IMG/VR virus record: IMGVR_UViG_2534681940_000028
DNA: 46,844 nt
Reading direction: 5' to 3' (one strand)
Origin: a virus
Lineage: Duplodnaviria > Heunggongvirae > Uroviricota > Caudoviricetes
A model generated the notes under the pieces. It was not told the origin of the DNA, did no database searches, and saw only the letters and a list, made by a program, of their open reading frames with translations. This document shows positions 1 through 8,070 of this stretch, one piece after another; within the stretch, counting starts at the first letter, position 1; every line of letters starts with the position of its first letter. The position numbers were made by a program, and so were the translations under genes.

Positions 1-225
1 GCTCTTCAGACGCTGACGTTCAGCGCTGGTGAGCCCACCATCACCGCCCCCGGTATCCCGCTCATGCTGGCGAACCCAGACACGCAGAGTCTCCGGCGTA
101 CAGCCAATCTTTGGGGCAATGGAACAAATTGCCGCCCACTGTGAGTCATATTCATCCTGACTTTCCAGAACCATACGAATCGCCCGCTGACGGACTTCGG
201 GGGAAAAACGAGTATTTTTAGTCAT
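1..225 (-). CDS. IS3-family transposase OrfA, N-terminal part (partial, runs off window)
   Basis: Minus-strand ATG at 225-223 preceded by AAAGAGG; translation [60 protein letters not shown] transposase OrfA-like. Confidence 0.6.
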   Translation of the reverse strand, partial: MTKNTRFSPEVRQRAIRMVLESQDEYDSQWAAICSIAPKIGCTPETLRVWVRQHERDTGGGDGGLTSAERQRLKS

Positions 226-279
226 CCTGTTTACCTCTTTCTCAGGGAGTTTAGTCTCCAGGATTTCCGGGGCGGTTCA
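1..279 (-). mobile_element. IS3-family insertion sequence, left end only (IS629/IS1203-like); continues beyond window start
   Basis: Minus-strand terminal sequence TGAACCGCCCCGGAAATCCTGGAGACTAAACTCCCTGAGAAAGAGG ends at 279 and leads into orfA start; matches my recollection of IS3-family ends. Confidence 0.55.
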
Positions 280-337
280 CCCACAGCTTTGCAGAGTGGG
301 CTGTGGGTGATTTCAACAGGCAAAAGGAGACAGTCCT

Positions 338-517
338 TTGCGACAAGTTAACCGCTGGTTCAAAGATCACTACGGAGTGCCCGTCAGAGTCATTCGTTGG
401 GAACCGGAAACACAACGGGTTATCTACCTCCGCGAAGGCTATGAGCATGAGTGCTTCAGCCCGCTCGAACAGTTTCGTCGTAAATTCAGGGAAATAGAGG
501 TCGGTCATGAGCACTAA
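338..517 (+). CDS. small hypothetical protein (59 aa), TTG start
   Basis: AAGGAG at 324-329, TTG at 338; open frame to TAA 515-517; overlaps start of next gene by 11 nt; not in ORF track because non-ATG start. Confidence 0.3.
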   Translation: MRQVNRWFKDHYGVPVRVIRWEPETQRVIYLREGYEHECFSPLEQFRRKFREIEVGHEH

Positions 518-1448
518 ATTAACCGGCTATGTATGGGATGGTTGCGCTGCGTCAGGCATGAAGTTATCCAGCGTGGCAATTATGGCCCGCCTGGCTGATT
601 TCAGTAATGACGAAGGTGTGTGCTGGCCATCAATTGAAACCATTGCCCGCCAGATTGGCGCGGGGATGAGCACCGTCAGAACGGCTATCGCACGGCTGGA
701 AGCAGAAGGCTGGTTAACGCGTAAGGCGCGTCGCCAGGGTAACCGCAATGCGTCGAATGTTTATCAGCTTAACGTTGCGAAGCTTCAGGCAGCGGCATTT
801 TCTCAACTGTCAGATTCTGACCCGTCAAAATCTGACGCATCAAAATCTGACCCGTCAAAATTTGATGCGTCGAAATCTGGCAAAAAAGCGGGTTTTCACC
901 CGTCAGAATCTGGCGGGGATCCGTCAGTAAAATCAAAACATGATCCGTCAGATAAAAAACCTTCTCGTCCGGACGCTTCGCAACCGGACACGCAGACGGA
1001 TGAACAGGATTTTTTAACTCGCCATCCTGATGCGGTTGTATTCAGCCCTAAAAAGCGCCAGTGGGGGACGCAGGATGATTTGACCTGTGCACAGTGGCTC
1101 TGGAAAAAAATCATCGCCCTGTACGAGCATGCCGCCGAATGTGACGGCGAGGTGGTTCGTCCCAAAGAACCGAACTGGACAGCCTGGGCAAACGAAATTC
1201 GCCTGATGTGTGTGCAGGATGGTCGTACTCATAAACAAATCTGCGAGATGTACAGCCGCGTCAGTCGCGATCCGTTCTGGTGCCGTAACGTGCTCAGCCC
1301 GTCGAAGCTGCGGGAAAAATGGGATGAGCTTTCCCTGCGCTTATCGCCGTCCGTCAGCACGTACACCGAAAAACGCGAGGACCCGTACTTCAAAGCCAGT
1401 TACGACAACGTGGACTACAGCCAGATCCCGGCAGGATTCAGGGGGTGA
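507..1448 (+). CDS. phage replication initiation / replisome organizer protein (N-terminal HTH, central low-complexity repeat, conserved phage C-terminal domain)
   Basis: 313 aa; N-terminus LSSVAIMARLADFSNDEGVCWPSIETIARQIGAGMSTVRTAIARLEAEGWL is HTH-like; central SDPSKSDASKSDPSKFDASKS repeats; position at head of nin-like module. Confidence 0.7.
   Translation: MSTKLTGYVWDGCAASGMKLSSVAIMARLADFSNDEGVCWPSIETIARQIGAGMSTVRTAIARLEAEGWLTRKARRQGNRNASNVYQLNVAKLQAAAFSQLSDSDPSKSDASKSDPSKFDASKSGKKAGFHPSESGGDPSVKSKHDPSDKKPSRPDASQPDTQTDEQDFLTRHPDAVVFSPKKRQWGTQDDLTCAQWLWKKIIALYEHAAECDGEVVRPKEPNWTAWANEIRLMCVQDGRTHKQICEMYSRVSRDPFWCRNVLSPSKLREKWDELSLRLSPSVSTYTEKREDPYFKASYDNVDYSQIPAGFRG
811..960. repeat. tandem degenerate ~30-bp repeats (CCGTCAAAATCTGAC type) inside the replication gene; candidate iterons / origin
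   Basis: Direct repeats tctgacccgtcaaaatctgacgcatcaaaa / tctgacccgtcaaaatttgatgcgtcgaaa, then further CCGTCAGA-containing copies. Confidence 0.45.
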
Positions 1449-1450
1449 GC

Positions 1451-1939
1451 ATGAGTCTTTTGAATGACGTTCAGAAATTCATTGAAGCCCATCCGGGCTG
1501 TACTTCCGGAGACATTGCGGATGCTTTTGCAGGTTACTCACGGCAGCGCGTTCTGCAGTCTGCAAGCAAGTTACGTCAGAGTGGGCGTGTGGCTCACCGT
1601 TGTGAAGGGGATACACGCAGACATTTCCCGCGCCTGACTGAGAGAGCGCAGGAGCCGGAACCACAACCAGTTCGTGAAACCAGACCTGTGCGCAATTTCT
1701 ATGTCGGCACTAACGATCCCCGGGTGATTTTGTGCCTGACCCGCCAGGCTGAAGAACTGGAGTCCAGGGGCTTATACCGTCGTGCTGCAACGGTGTGGAT
1801 GGCGGCATTCCGTGAAAGCCACTCCCAGCCAGAACGAAACAATTTTCTGGCGCGTCGTGAGCGGTGCTTACGGAAAAGCAGCAAGCGCGCTGTATCGGGT
1901 GAAGAGTGGTATCTGTCAGGGAATTACGTGGGGGCTTAA
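1451..1939 (+). CDS. hypothetical protein with C-terminal PerC/ANR-like domain
   Basis: C-terminal AEELESRGLYRRAATVWMAAF...RRERCL resembles PerC-family signature; ATG 1451 (alternative GTG 1445) overlaps upstream stop. Confidence 0.5.
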   Translation: MSLLNDVQKFIEAHPGCTSGDIADAFAGYSRQRVLQSASKLRQSGRVAHRCEGDTRRHFPRLTERAQEPEPQPVRETRPVRNFYVGTNDPRVILCLTRQAEELESRGLYRRAATVWMAAFRESHSQPERNNFLARRERCLRKSSKRAVSGEEWYLSGNYVGA

Positions 1940-2592
1940 TGAGTAATAAATATTGCCAGGCGCTGGTGGAGCTGCGGAACAAACCAGCCCATGAACTGAA
2001 GGAAGTGGGCGATCAGTGGCGCACGCCGGACAACATTTTCTGGGGAATTAACACCCTGTTTGGCCCGTTTGTTCTGGATCTGTTCACTGACGGTGATAAC
2101 GCCAAATGTGCCGCTTATTACACTGCGGAAGACAACGCGCTGGCGCATGACTGGTCAGAACGTCTTGCGGAGCTTAAAGGTGCTGCCTTTGGTAATCCCC
2201 CATACAGCCGCGCCAGTCAGCATGAGGGGCAATACATCACCGGCATGCGTTACATCATGAAGCATGCCAGTGCCATGCGTGATAAAGGCGGGCGCTATGT
2301 TTTCCTGATCAAAGCTGCCACCAGCGAAGTGTGGTGGCCGGAAGATGCAGATCATATTGCTTTTATTCGCGGGCGTATTGGTTTTGAACTGCCTGCCTGG
2401 TTTATCCCGAAGGATGAGAAGCAGGTGCCGACAGGCGCTTTCTTCGCTGGTGCTATTGCTGTTTTCGACAAGACCTGGAAGGGACCGGCAATCAGCTACA
2501 TCGGGCGCTATGAACTTGAGGCATGTGGTGAGGCCTTTCTGGCGCAGGTTCGCCAGCAGGCAGAAAAACTGGTCAGGGAGATGGCGGCATGA
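1939..2592 (+). CDS. phage DNA N6-adenine methyltransferase (Dam-type)
   Basis: NPPY motif (GNPPYS); ATG at 1939 overlaps upstream TAA (TAATG); ORF-track start 1906 is an in-frame upstream Met. Confidence 0.7.
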   Translation: MSNKYCQALVELRNKPAHELKEVGDQWRTPDNIFWGINTLFGPFVLDLFTDGDNAKCAAYYTAEDNALAHDWSERLAELKGAAFGNPPYSRASQHEGQYITGMRYIMKHASAMRDKGGRYVFLIKAATSEVWWPEDADHIAFIRGRIGFELPAWFIPKDEKQVPTGAFFAGAIAVFDKTWKGPAISYIGRYELEACGEAFLAQVRQQAEKLVREMAA

Positions 2593-2915
2593 CGACGTTA
2601 ACTCAATGCCAGCAGCAGGTGCTGGATATGCTGATTTCTTATCAGAAAGAACGTGGCTTCCCGCCAACCAATCAGGAGGTGGCAACCATGCTGGGATACC
2701 GTTCAGTGAATGCAGCGGTGGAGCATCTTCGCGCACTGGAGAAAAAAGGCGTCATCACGATAAAGCGTGGCGTGGCCCGGGGGATAACGCTTCATATCGC
2801 GGTGAAGGACGACGACAGCGAGGCGGTCGGGATTATCCGCGCACTGCTTGCCGGTGAGGAAAACGCAAGGCTGCGTGCAACCCACTGGTTACATGAGAGG
2901 GACCTGAAAGTATGA
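2589..2915 (+). CDS. LexA N-terminal DNA-binding-domain protein lacking the peptidase domain
   Basis: 108 aa; LTQCQQQVLDMLISYQKERGFPPTNQEVATMLGYRSVNAAVEHLRALEKKGVI closely parallels the LexA winged-helix domain; no S24 Ser/Lys peptidase region follows. Confidence 0.5.
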   Translation: MTTLTQCQQQVLDMLISYQKERGFPPTNQEVATMLGYRSVNAAVEHLRALEKKGVITIKRGVARGITLHIAVKDDDSEAVGIIRALLAGEENARLRATHWLHERDLKV

Positions 2916-3301
2916 AGCTGATCCTGCCTTTTCCGCCCAGCGTGAACACGTACTGGCGACACCCCAACAAAGGGGCGTTTGCTGGTAAGAGCCTGATAAG
3001 CGCGGCGGGGCGAAAATTCCAGAGCGCGGCGTGCGCAGCAATAGTTGAGCAGTTACGTCGTCTGCCGAAACCAACGTCGGCACCTGCTTCAGTGGAGATC
3101 GTGTTGTTTCCTCCGGATAACCGGATCCGCGATCTGGACAACTATAACAAGGCGCTGTTTGACGCCCTGACCCACGCGGGTGTGTGGGAAGACGACAGTC
3201 AGGTGAAAAGAATGCTGGTGGAGTGGGGACCGGTTATCCCGGAAGGGAAGGTCGAGATCACTATCAGTAAGTACGAGAAAACGGCGGGTGCAGCCGCCTG
3301 A
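2912..3301 (+). CDS. rusA: crossover junction endodeoxyribonuclease RusA (Holliday junction resolvase)
   Basis: 129 aa; N-terminal LPFPPSVNTYWR and overall RusA-like layout; nin-region position. Confidence 0.85.
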   Translation: MKLILPFPPSVNTYWRHPNKGAFAGKSLISAAGRKFQSAACAAIVEQLRRLPKPTSAPASVEIVLFPPDNRIRDLDNYNKALFDALTHAGVWEDDSQVKRMLVEWGPVIPEGKVEITISKYEKTAGAAA

Positions 3302-3320
3302 TTAAGAGGAGAAACGAAGT

Positions 3321-4130
3321 ATGAATAATCTGATGGTCATTGATGGTATTGAAGTTCGTCGTGATGCTTATGGGCGTTACAGCCTGAACGATCTGCATCG
3401 CGCAGCAGTAGCATCTGGTGCAAATGCCAGAACCAAGGAGCCGGGAAAGTTTCTTTCCAGCCAACAAACTGTTGAGCTTGTTCATGAATTGACCAACACC
3501 CAGAATTTGGGTGTTGACCCGGTGAGTGTGATTCATGGGGGAAATGAACGGGGAACGTATGTCTGCAAGGAACTGGTGTATGCCTATGCAATGTGGATCA
3601 GCCCGTCATTCCATCTGAAGGTGATCCGTACTTTCGATATGGTAACCAGCGCACCGGAAAAATTATCCGGACAGGCTGCTGACAAGATGCAGGCTGGCGT
3701 GATCCTGCTGGACTTTATGCGCCGGGAGTTAAACCTGTCTAACTCTTCAGTGCTTGGTGCCTGTCAGAAACTCCAGGAGGCTGTTGGCTTACCGAATCTG
3801 GCACCGCGCTATGCCATTGATGCTCCTGCTGACGCGCCTGATGGCTCAAGCCGCCCCACGCTATCATTGAGTGCACTGCTGAAGCAGTATGGTATCCGCC
3901 TGACAGCTAATCAGGCATATCACCAGATGGCGAAGCTGGGGATCGTTGAACAACGTGAACGATACAGCCGCACTGCGATTAACAACATCAAAAAATTCTG
4001 GTCGCTGACAGCGAAAGGCTGCATGTTCGGCAAGAACATCACCAGTCCCGCAAATCCGCGCGAGACGCAGCCGCATTTCTTCGAATCCCGATTCCCTGAG
4101 CTGTTAAAGCTGCTCGATACCGTTCATTGA
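3321..4130 (+). CDS. KilA-N domain protein (antirepressor-like)
   Basis: 269 aa; N-terminal KilA-N-like region; RBS GAGGAG upstream. Confidence 0.6.
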   Translation: MNNLMVIDGIEVRRDAYGRYSLNDLHRAAVASGANARTKEPGKFLSSQQTVELVHELTNTQNLGVDPVSVIHGGNERGTYVCKELVYAYAMWISPSFHLKVIRTFDMVTSAPEKLSGQAADKMQAGVILLDFMRRELNLSNSSVLGACQKLQEAVGLPNLAPRYAIDAPADAPDGSSRPTLSLSALLKQYGIRLTANQAYHQMAKLGIVEQRERYSRTAINNIKKFWSLTAKGCMFGKNITSPANPRETQPHFFESRFPELLKLLDTVH

Positions 4131-4131
4131 G

Positions 4132-5127
4132 GTGACCGTGAGAGCACTACTGACTCCTGAAATTGCCCCGCGTATGGGGATCGTATTGTTCAGGCCAGGT
4201 TCAGAGCTGATGCCCCTGTTTATGCAGGGGCGTGTCCTGCTGGAGCCTGAGCCGGAACGTTATTCATCTTTCGCCAGTGGTGCCGTTCCGGCGGCATCAC
4301 AACCGCTGGCGGATGATCCTGCCGTTCGGGCCGTGTTCCGCAATGAGGCAGTGATCCGTCGTGCTGGTGGCGTGGAATGTCTTGAAAGCTGGTTACTTCG
4401 TGAAAAAGGCTGCCAGTGGCCTCATTCCGACTGGCACAGCGAGAACATGACCACAATGCGACACGCTCCGGGTGCAATCCGTCTGTGCTGGCACTGCGAT
4501 AACCAGCTGCGCGATCAGTTCACGGAACGGCTGGAATCAATGGCAACGGATAACTGTGCCCGCTGGGTGTTGTCTGTTGTGCGTCGGGATCTCGGTTTTG
4601 ATGACAGTCACGTTGTGACAATGCCGGAACTGTGCTGGTGGCTGATTCGTAATGACCTGGCGGATGCCTTACCGGAAAGTGCAGCCCGTAAGGCACTTAG
4701 ATTACCGAAGCCTGTTGTGCCGTCTGTTACCCGGGAAAGTGACCTTGTGCCTTCGGTTCCTGCCACCAGCATCATCCAGGATAAAGCGAAAAAGGTGCTG
4801 GCGCTGAAAGTGGATCCTGAGTCGCCGGAGTCTTTTATGTTACGCCCAAAACGTCGCCGCTGGGTTAATGAAAAGTACACGCGCTGGGTTAAGACACAGC
4901 CGTGTGCATGTTGTGGAAAGCCTGCTGATGATCCCCACCACCTGATAGGTCACGGTCAGGGAGGAATGGGTACAAAAGCGCATGACCTCTTTGTGTTGCC
5001 TTTGTGCAGAAAGCATCACGACGAGCTGCATGCGGATACCGTGGCATTTGAAGAGAAGTATGGCTCCCAGCTGGAGCTGATATTTCGTTTTATCGATCGT
5101 GCGCTGGCAATAGGCGTACTGGCGTAA
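4132..5127 (+). CDS. DUF968-like nin-region protein with C-terminal Cys/His (HNH-like) motif
   Basis: 331 aa; C-terminus CACCGKPADDPHHLIGHGQGGMGTKAHDLFVLPLCRKHHDELH; GTG start assumed. Confidence 0.5.
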   Translation: MTVRALLTPEIAPRMGIVLFRPGSELMPLFMQGRVLLEPEPERYSSFASGAVPAASQPLADDPAVRAVFRNEAVIRRAGGVECLESWLLREKGCQWPHSDWHSENMTTMRHAPGAIRLCWHCDNQLRDQFTERLESMATDNCARWVLSVVRRDLGFDDSHVVTMPELCWWLIRNDLADALPESAARKALRLPKPVVPSVTRESDLVPSVPATSIIQDKAKKVLALKVDPESPESFMLRPKRRRWVNEKYTRWVKTQPCACCGKPADDPHHLIGHGQGGMGTKAHDLFVLPLCRKHHDELHADTVAFEEKYGSQLELIFRFIDRALAIGVLA

Positions 5128-5140
5128 GTGGAGAACGAGC

Positions 5141-5893
5141 ATGAACTTTGAAGCCTTACCGAAATATTACTCCCCAAAATCTCCAAAATTGAGCGATGAC
5201 GCACCGGCGACAGGCTCTGGTGGTTTAACAATTACGGATGTAATGGCTGCGCAGGGGATGGTGCAGTCGAAAGCACCGCTTGGGTTTGCCTTATTCCTGG
5301 CAAAAGTTGGTGTTCAGGATCCTCAGTTTGCGATTGAAGGTCTGCTCAATTACGCGATGGCACTGGATAACCCGACATTGAACAAATTGAGTGAAGAAAC
5401 CCGGCTACAGATCATTCCTTACCTTGTGAATTTTGCCTTTGCTGATTATTCCAGGTCTGCGGCAAGTAAGGCTCGCTGTGAGCATTGTGCTGGTACTGGA
5501 TTTCATGATGTATTGCGCGAGGTGGTGAAACACTCCAGAAGCGGGGAATCTGTTATCAAGGAAGAGTGGGTGAAGGAACTGTGTCAGCATTGTCATGGTA
5601 AGGGAGAAGTCAGCACAGCGTGCAGAGGGTGTAAGGGTAAAGGTATTGTCCTGGATGAAAAAAGAACCAGGCTTCATGGCACGCCTGTTTATAAGGTTTG
5701 TGGGCGTTGCAATGGAAACCGGTTTAGCCGTTTACCAACCACACTGGCGCGGCTTCATGTCCAGAAGCTGGTACCAGACCTGACGGATTATCAGTGGTAC
5801 AAAGGATATGCAGATGTCATTGATAAACTGGTTACAAAGTGCTGGCAGGAAGAAGCGTATGCTGAGACACAATTGAGGAAAGTGACGAGATGA
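5141..5893 (+). CDS. late-gene antitermination protein Q-like
   Basis: 250 aa with paired CxxC motifs (CEHCAGTG, CQHCHGKG, CRGCKGKG, CGRCNG); located immediately upstream of lysis region. Confidence 0.7.
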   Translation: MNFEALPKYYSPKSPKLSDDAPATGSGGLTITDVMAAQGMVQSKAPLGFALFLAKVGVQDPQFAIEGLLNYAMALDNPTLNKLSEETRLQIIPYLVNFAFADYSRSAASKARCEHCAGTGFHDVLREVVKHSRSGESVIKEEWVKELCQHCHGKGEVSTACRGCKGKGIVLDEKRTRLHGTPVYKVCGRCNGNRFSRLPTTLARLHVQKLVPDLTDYQWYKGYADVIDKLVTKCWQEEAYAETQLRKVTR

Positions 5894-5924
5894 ATGATTT
5901 TCGACGAAAATGGCGACATGATGC

Positions 5925-5952
5925 TTGCATTTTTCAAAAAAATGGATAATAT
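5925..5952 (+). promoter_or_regulatory. candidate late promoter (PR'-like) downstream of Q
   Basis: TTGCAT (5925-5930), 16-nt spacer, TAATAT (5947-5952); followed by terminator at 5997-6026. Confidence 0.4.
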
Positions 5953-5996
5953 TTTCTCAATGATAGGCATTGTGTGTCCGGCTTTAATAAAAAGTA

Positions 5997-6026
5997 GAAA
6001 ACCCGCTGATGTGCGGGTTTTTTTTC
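5997..6026 (+). terminator. rho-independent terminator (tR'-like)
   Basis: Stem CCCGC (6002-6006) / GCGGG (6013-6017), loop TGATGT, then T8 run. Confidence 0.6.
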
Positions 6027-6046
6027 GGAATTTTAGATGTGTGGCA

Positions 6047-6076
6047 TTGAAATGGTATTCGGCGAGTAGGTAGAAT
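6047..6076 (+). promoter_or_regulatory. candidate sigma70 promoter of the moron
   Basis: TTGAAA (6047-6052), 18-nt spacer, TAGAAT (6071-6076); about 28 nt upstream of ATG 6104. Confidence 0.4.
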
Positions 6077-6103
6077 TTAAACTTTCGTCTCGTCTGGATC
6101 GAC

Positions 6104-6646
6104 ATGATGTTTCAAGCCTTCCAAACAGCAGTATTTAAAAATGTTGCAGAGTATTTAAAAGGGCGCTTCCCTCATAAGTCGTTAGGGCTCGTATATGCCG
6201 ACGAGCTGGTACTAAAAGATATGGAGTTCCTCAAGGCTAACAATAAACTGCGGTGGGATCCCGGACTAAAGTCGCGAGTGTTTATGGATATGATGGAAGA
6301 ACACCCGATAAAACTAGTTGTTTATTATCGTGGGGAGCCTATTGGATTTGCATTTGGGTGTTACTGTAAGCCGAAAAATGCGGTGCATATTTGCTGGATG
6401 GAAAAACGTAATGATGCACATGAAGACCTAGACCATCAGATGCTTGGTATCGTTTTGGATTGCTTCTCTGCATATGCACGATTTCTGAACCTTCAGGGTG
6501 AATCTATTGATTCGATAGCTTTAGTTAGTCCAGTTGATGGGGCAATAAGATACTATACTGAAAGTGGTTTTGAGTACATTGCTGATTACGAACGAGGTGG
6601 TTGCGCAATGGTGCTTAGGAGCGTTTTACCTAACCAATCAGTGTGA
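6104..6646 (+). CDS. moron-encoded protein, possible GNAT-fold acyltransferase
   Basis: 180 aa, visibly AT-rich; C-terminal pattern LGIVLDCFSAYARFLNLQGESIDSIALVSPVDGAIRYYTESGFEYI resembles GNAT core; own promoter and downstream terminator. Confidence 0.45.
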   Translation: MMFQAFQTAVFKNVAEYLKGRFPHKSLGLVYADELVLKDMEFLKANNKLRWDPGLKSRVFMDMMEEHPIKLVVYYRGEPIGFAFGCYCKPKNAVHICWMEKRNDAHEDLDHQMLGIVLDCFSAYARFLNLQGESIDSIALVSPVDGAIRYYTESGFEYIADYERGGCAMVLRSVLPNQSV

Positions 6647-6837
6647 GTTAGATTCTTAATTTCTCCAGAATCATTACAAAAGTATTGAAAACCTCTTTTA
6701 GTTGATGCAATCTGGATCCACACAAAGCACACACAAAATGTACTACGCTTTACTTTATACATCTTCAGGTAACAAACTTTGTTGCCTTTATGCTTCAAAG
6801 AAGCAACTACAGCTTAGTGCTGAACAAGGGGATTTTT

Positions 6838-7023
6838 ATGAAACATCATGAGCAGATAGAGATTGAGGCAGCTAAAGTCGTCGCCGAACTCTTTGCTGGC
6901 AATGCATCTCCAATGGAAACCTTTGGTATTACATGGAGTCAAACTCAGATGTTAGAGCGTAAGAATCCTGGTGTAGTGATCAAACTAGTACCGGATGACG
7001 GTAAAAAACTTGCGTATTGCTGA
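6838..7023 (+). CDS. small hypothetical protein (61 aa)
   Basis: AAGGGGAT at 6826-6833 before ATG 6838; ORF-track start 6790 is upstream in-frame. Confidence 0.35.
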   Translation: MKHHEQIEIEAAKVVAELFAGNASPMETFGITWSQTQMLERKNPGVVIKLVPDDGKKLAYC

Positions 7024-7082
7024 TAATTTTTAAAGATTTTTTCAGCTAGAGAATCGATTATTTTACTATAAATCGCGAAGGA

Positions 7083-7108
7083 GCCCCACATATTGTGGGG
7101 CTTTTTGT
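7083..7108 (+). terminator. rho-independent terminator closing the moron
   Basis: Stem GCCCCACA / TGTGGGGC with TATT loop, followed by TTTTTGTTT. Confidence 0.6.
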
Positions 7109-7280
7109 TTCATCTTAGTTAGCCGTTATTCACATTCACTACTTTGCTACTTATCCACTGTAAAAATAAATTGTGAATTATTTTGTGGCTTATTGTTAGT
7201 GTTCTATCAATTTTGTGTGTGATATTCCATTGGCGTGGTTATTATCTGTGCATCGCACTTAAATGTATAAAGCTCACTAG

Positions 7281-7595
7281 TTGAGACAATCCTACCACCA
7301 GTTGGTGGTATCTCATGATTCACTGAATTGCAAATCTTCTGAATTGCTGGATGAGTTTAAATCTCACCGGCGCTATTTCTCCGTATCAGTCTCCGTGCCT
7401 TATACCGATGTCAGGACGCATAAGCCCGTTCAGTTCTACCCGGGTAAACATCCGTGCGAGAAACCGGCGGATATGCTCAGGCAAATAATCAATGCCAGTA
7501 GTCGACCTGGTGATCTGGTTGCTGATTTCTTTATGGGATTCGGTTCCACAATAAAAGCAGCAATGGCGCTGGGGCGTCGGGCGTTAGGTGTTTAA
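7281..7595 (+). pseudogene. DNA methyltransferase (N4/N6 family) C-terminal fragment
   Basis: Contains HPCEKP and FFMGFGST motifs typical of the C-terminal half of permuted amino-methyltransferases; no N-terminal half; in-frame TAA at 7593 followed by 19 further sense codons. Confidence 0.5.
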
Positions 7596-7731
7596 CTTGA
7601 GTCAGAGCGGTTTAATCAGACGGTGAAAGAGGTAAGTGAACTGGTGGGGAAATAATTCTGGTGGCCACGTTGCGTGGCCTTTTTATTTCCAACACAGCAC
7701 CCGCAAATATCGCGAGGTGAGAGATGACGAA

Positions 7732-8067
7732 ATGCCTCATAACCCAAATACCTGGCCGGACTGGCTGGAGTTGTTTCAGAGCTGGTGGCGTGGAGACACA
7801 CCGCTGGGTGCAGTGATTATGTCGATCGTTATGGCTGGTTTGCGCATCGCCTATTTTGGCGGTGGTGGTGGCTGGAAGCGAAAAACGCTCGAGATTTTGC
7901 TATGTGGCGCTCTGACGCTGACCTTTGCATCCGCTCTTGAGTATGTCGGATGGCCTAAATCACTTTCTGTTGCCATTGGTGGTGGGGTGGGGCTGATCGG
8001 TGTCGATGCTATTCGTGGGGCTGCAATGCGAGTAATCGGTAACAAATTTGGTGGCTCTAAGGAGTAA
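7732..8067 (+). CDS. holin (class I, lambda S-like topology)
   Basis: 111 aa from ATG 7732; hydrophobic segments (AVIMSIVMAGLRIAYF, ILLCGALTLTFASAL, SVAIGGGVGLIGV) and charged C-terminus; directly upstream of endolysin. Confidence 0.65.
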   Translation: MPHNPNTWPDWLELFQSWWRGDTPLGAVIMSIVMAGLRIAYFGGGGGWKRKTLEILLCGALTLTFASALEYVGWPKSLSVAIGGGVGLIGVDAIRGAAMRVIGNKFGGSKE

Positions 8068-8070
8068 TTT

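Noticed and set aside
251-514. 87-aa minus-strand ORF from the six-frame track
   Set aside because: Spans the IS terminal repeat boundary and overlaps a better-supported plus-strand small gene and the replication gene start; no RBS; likely a chance open frame
2155-2857. Long alternative-frame ORFs (2155-2736 minus, 2345-2857 plus) inside the methylase and LexA-like genes
   Set aside because: Fully embedded in well-supported genes with recognisable motifs; typical chance ORFs in GC-rich coding DNA
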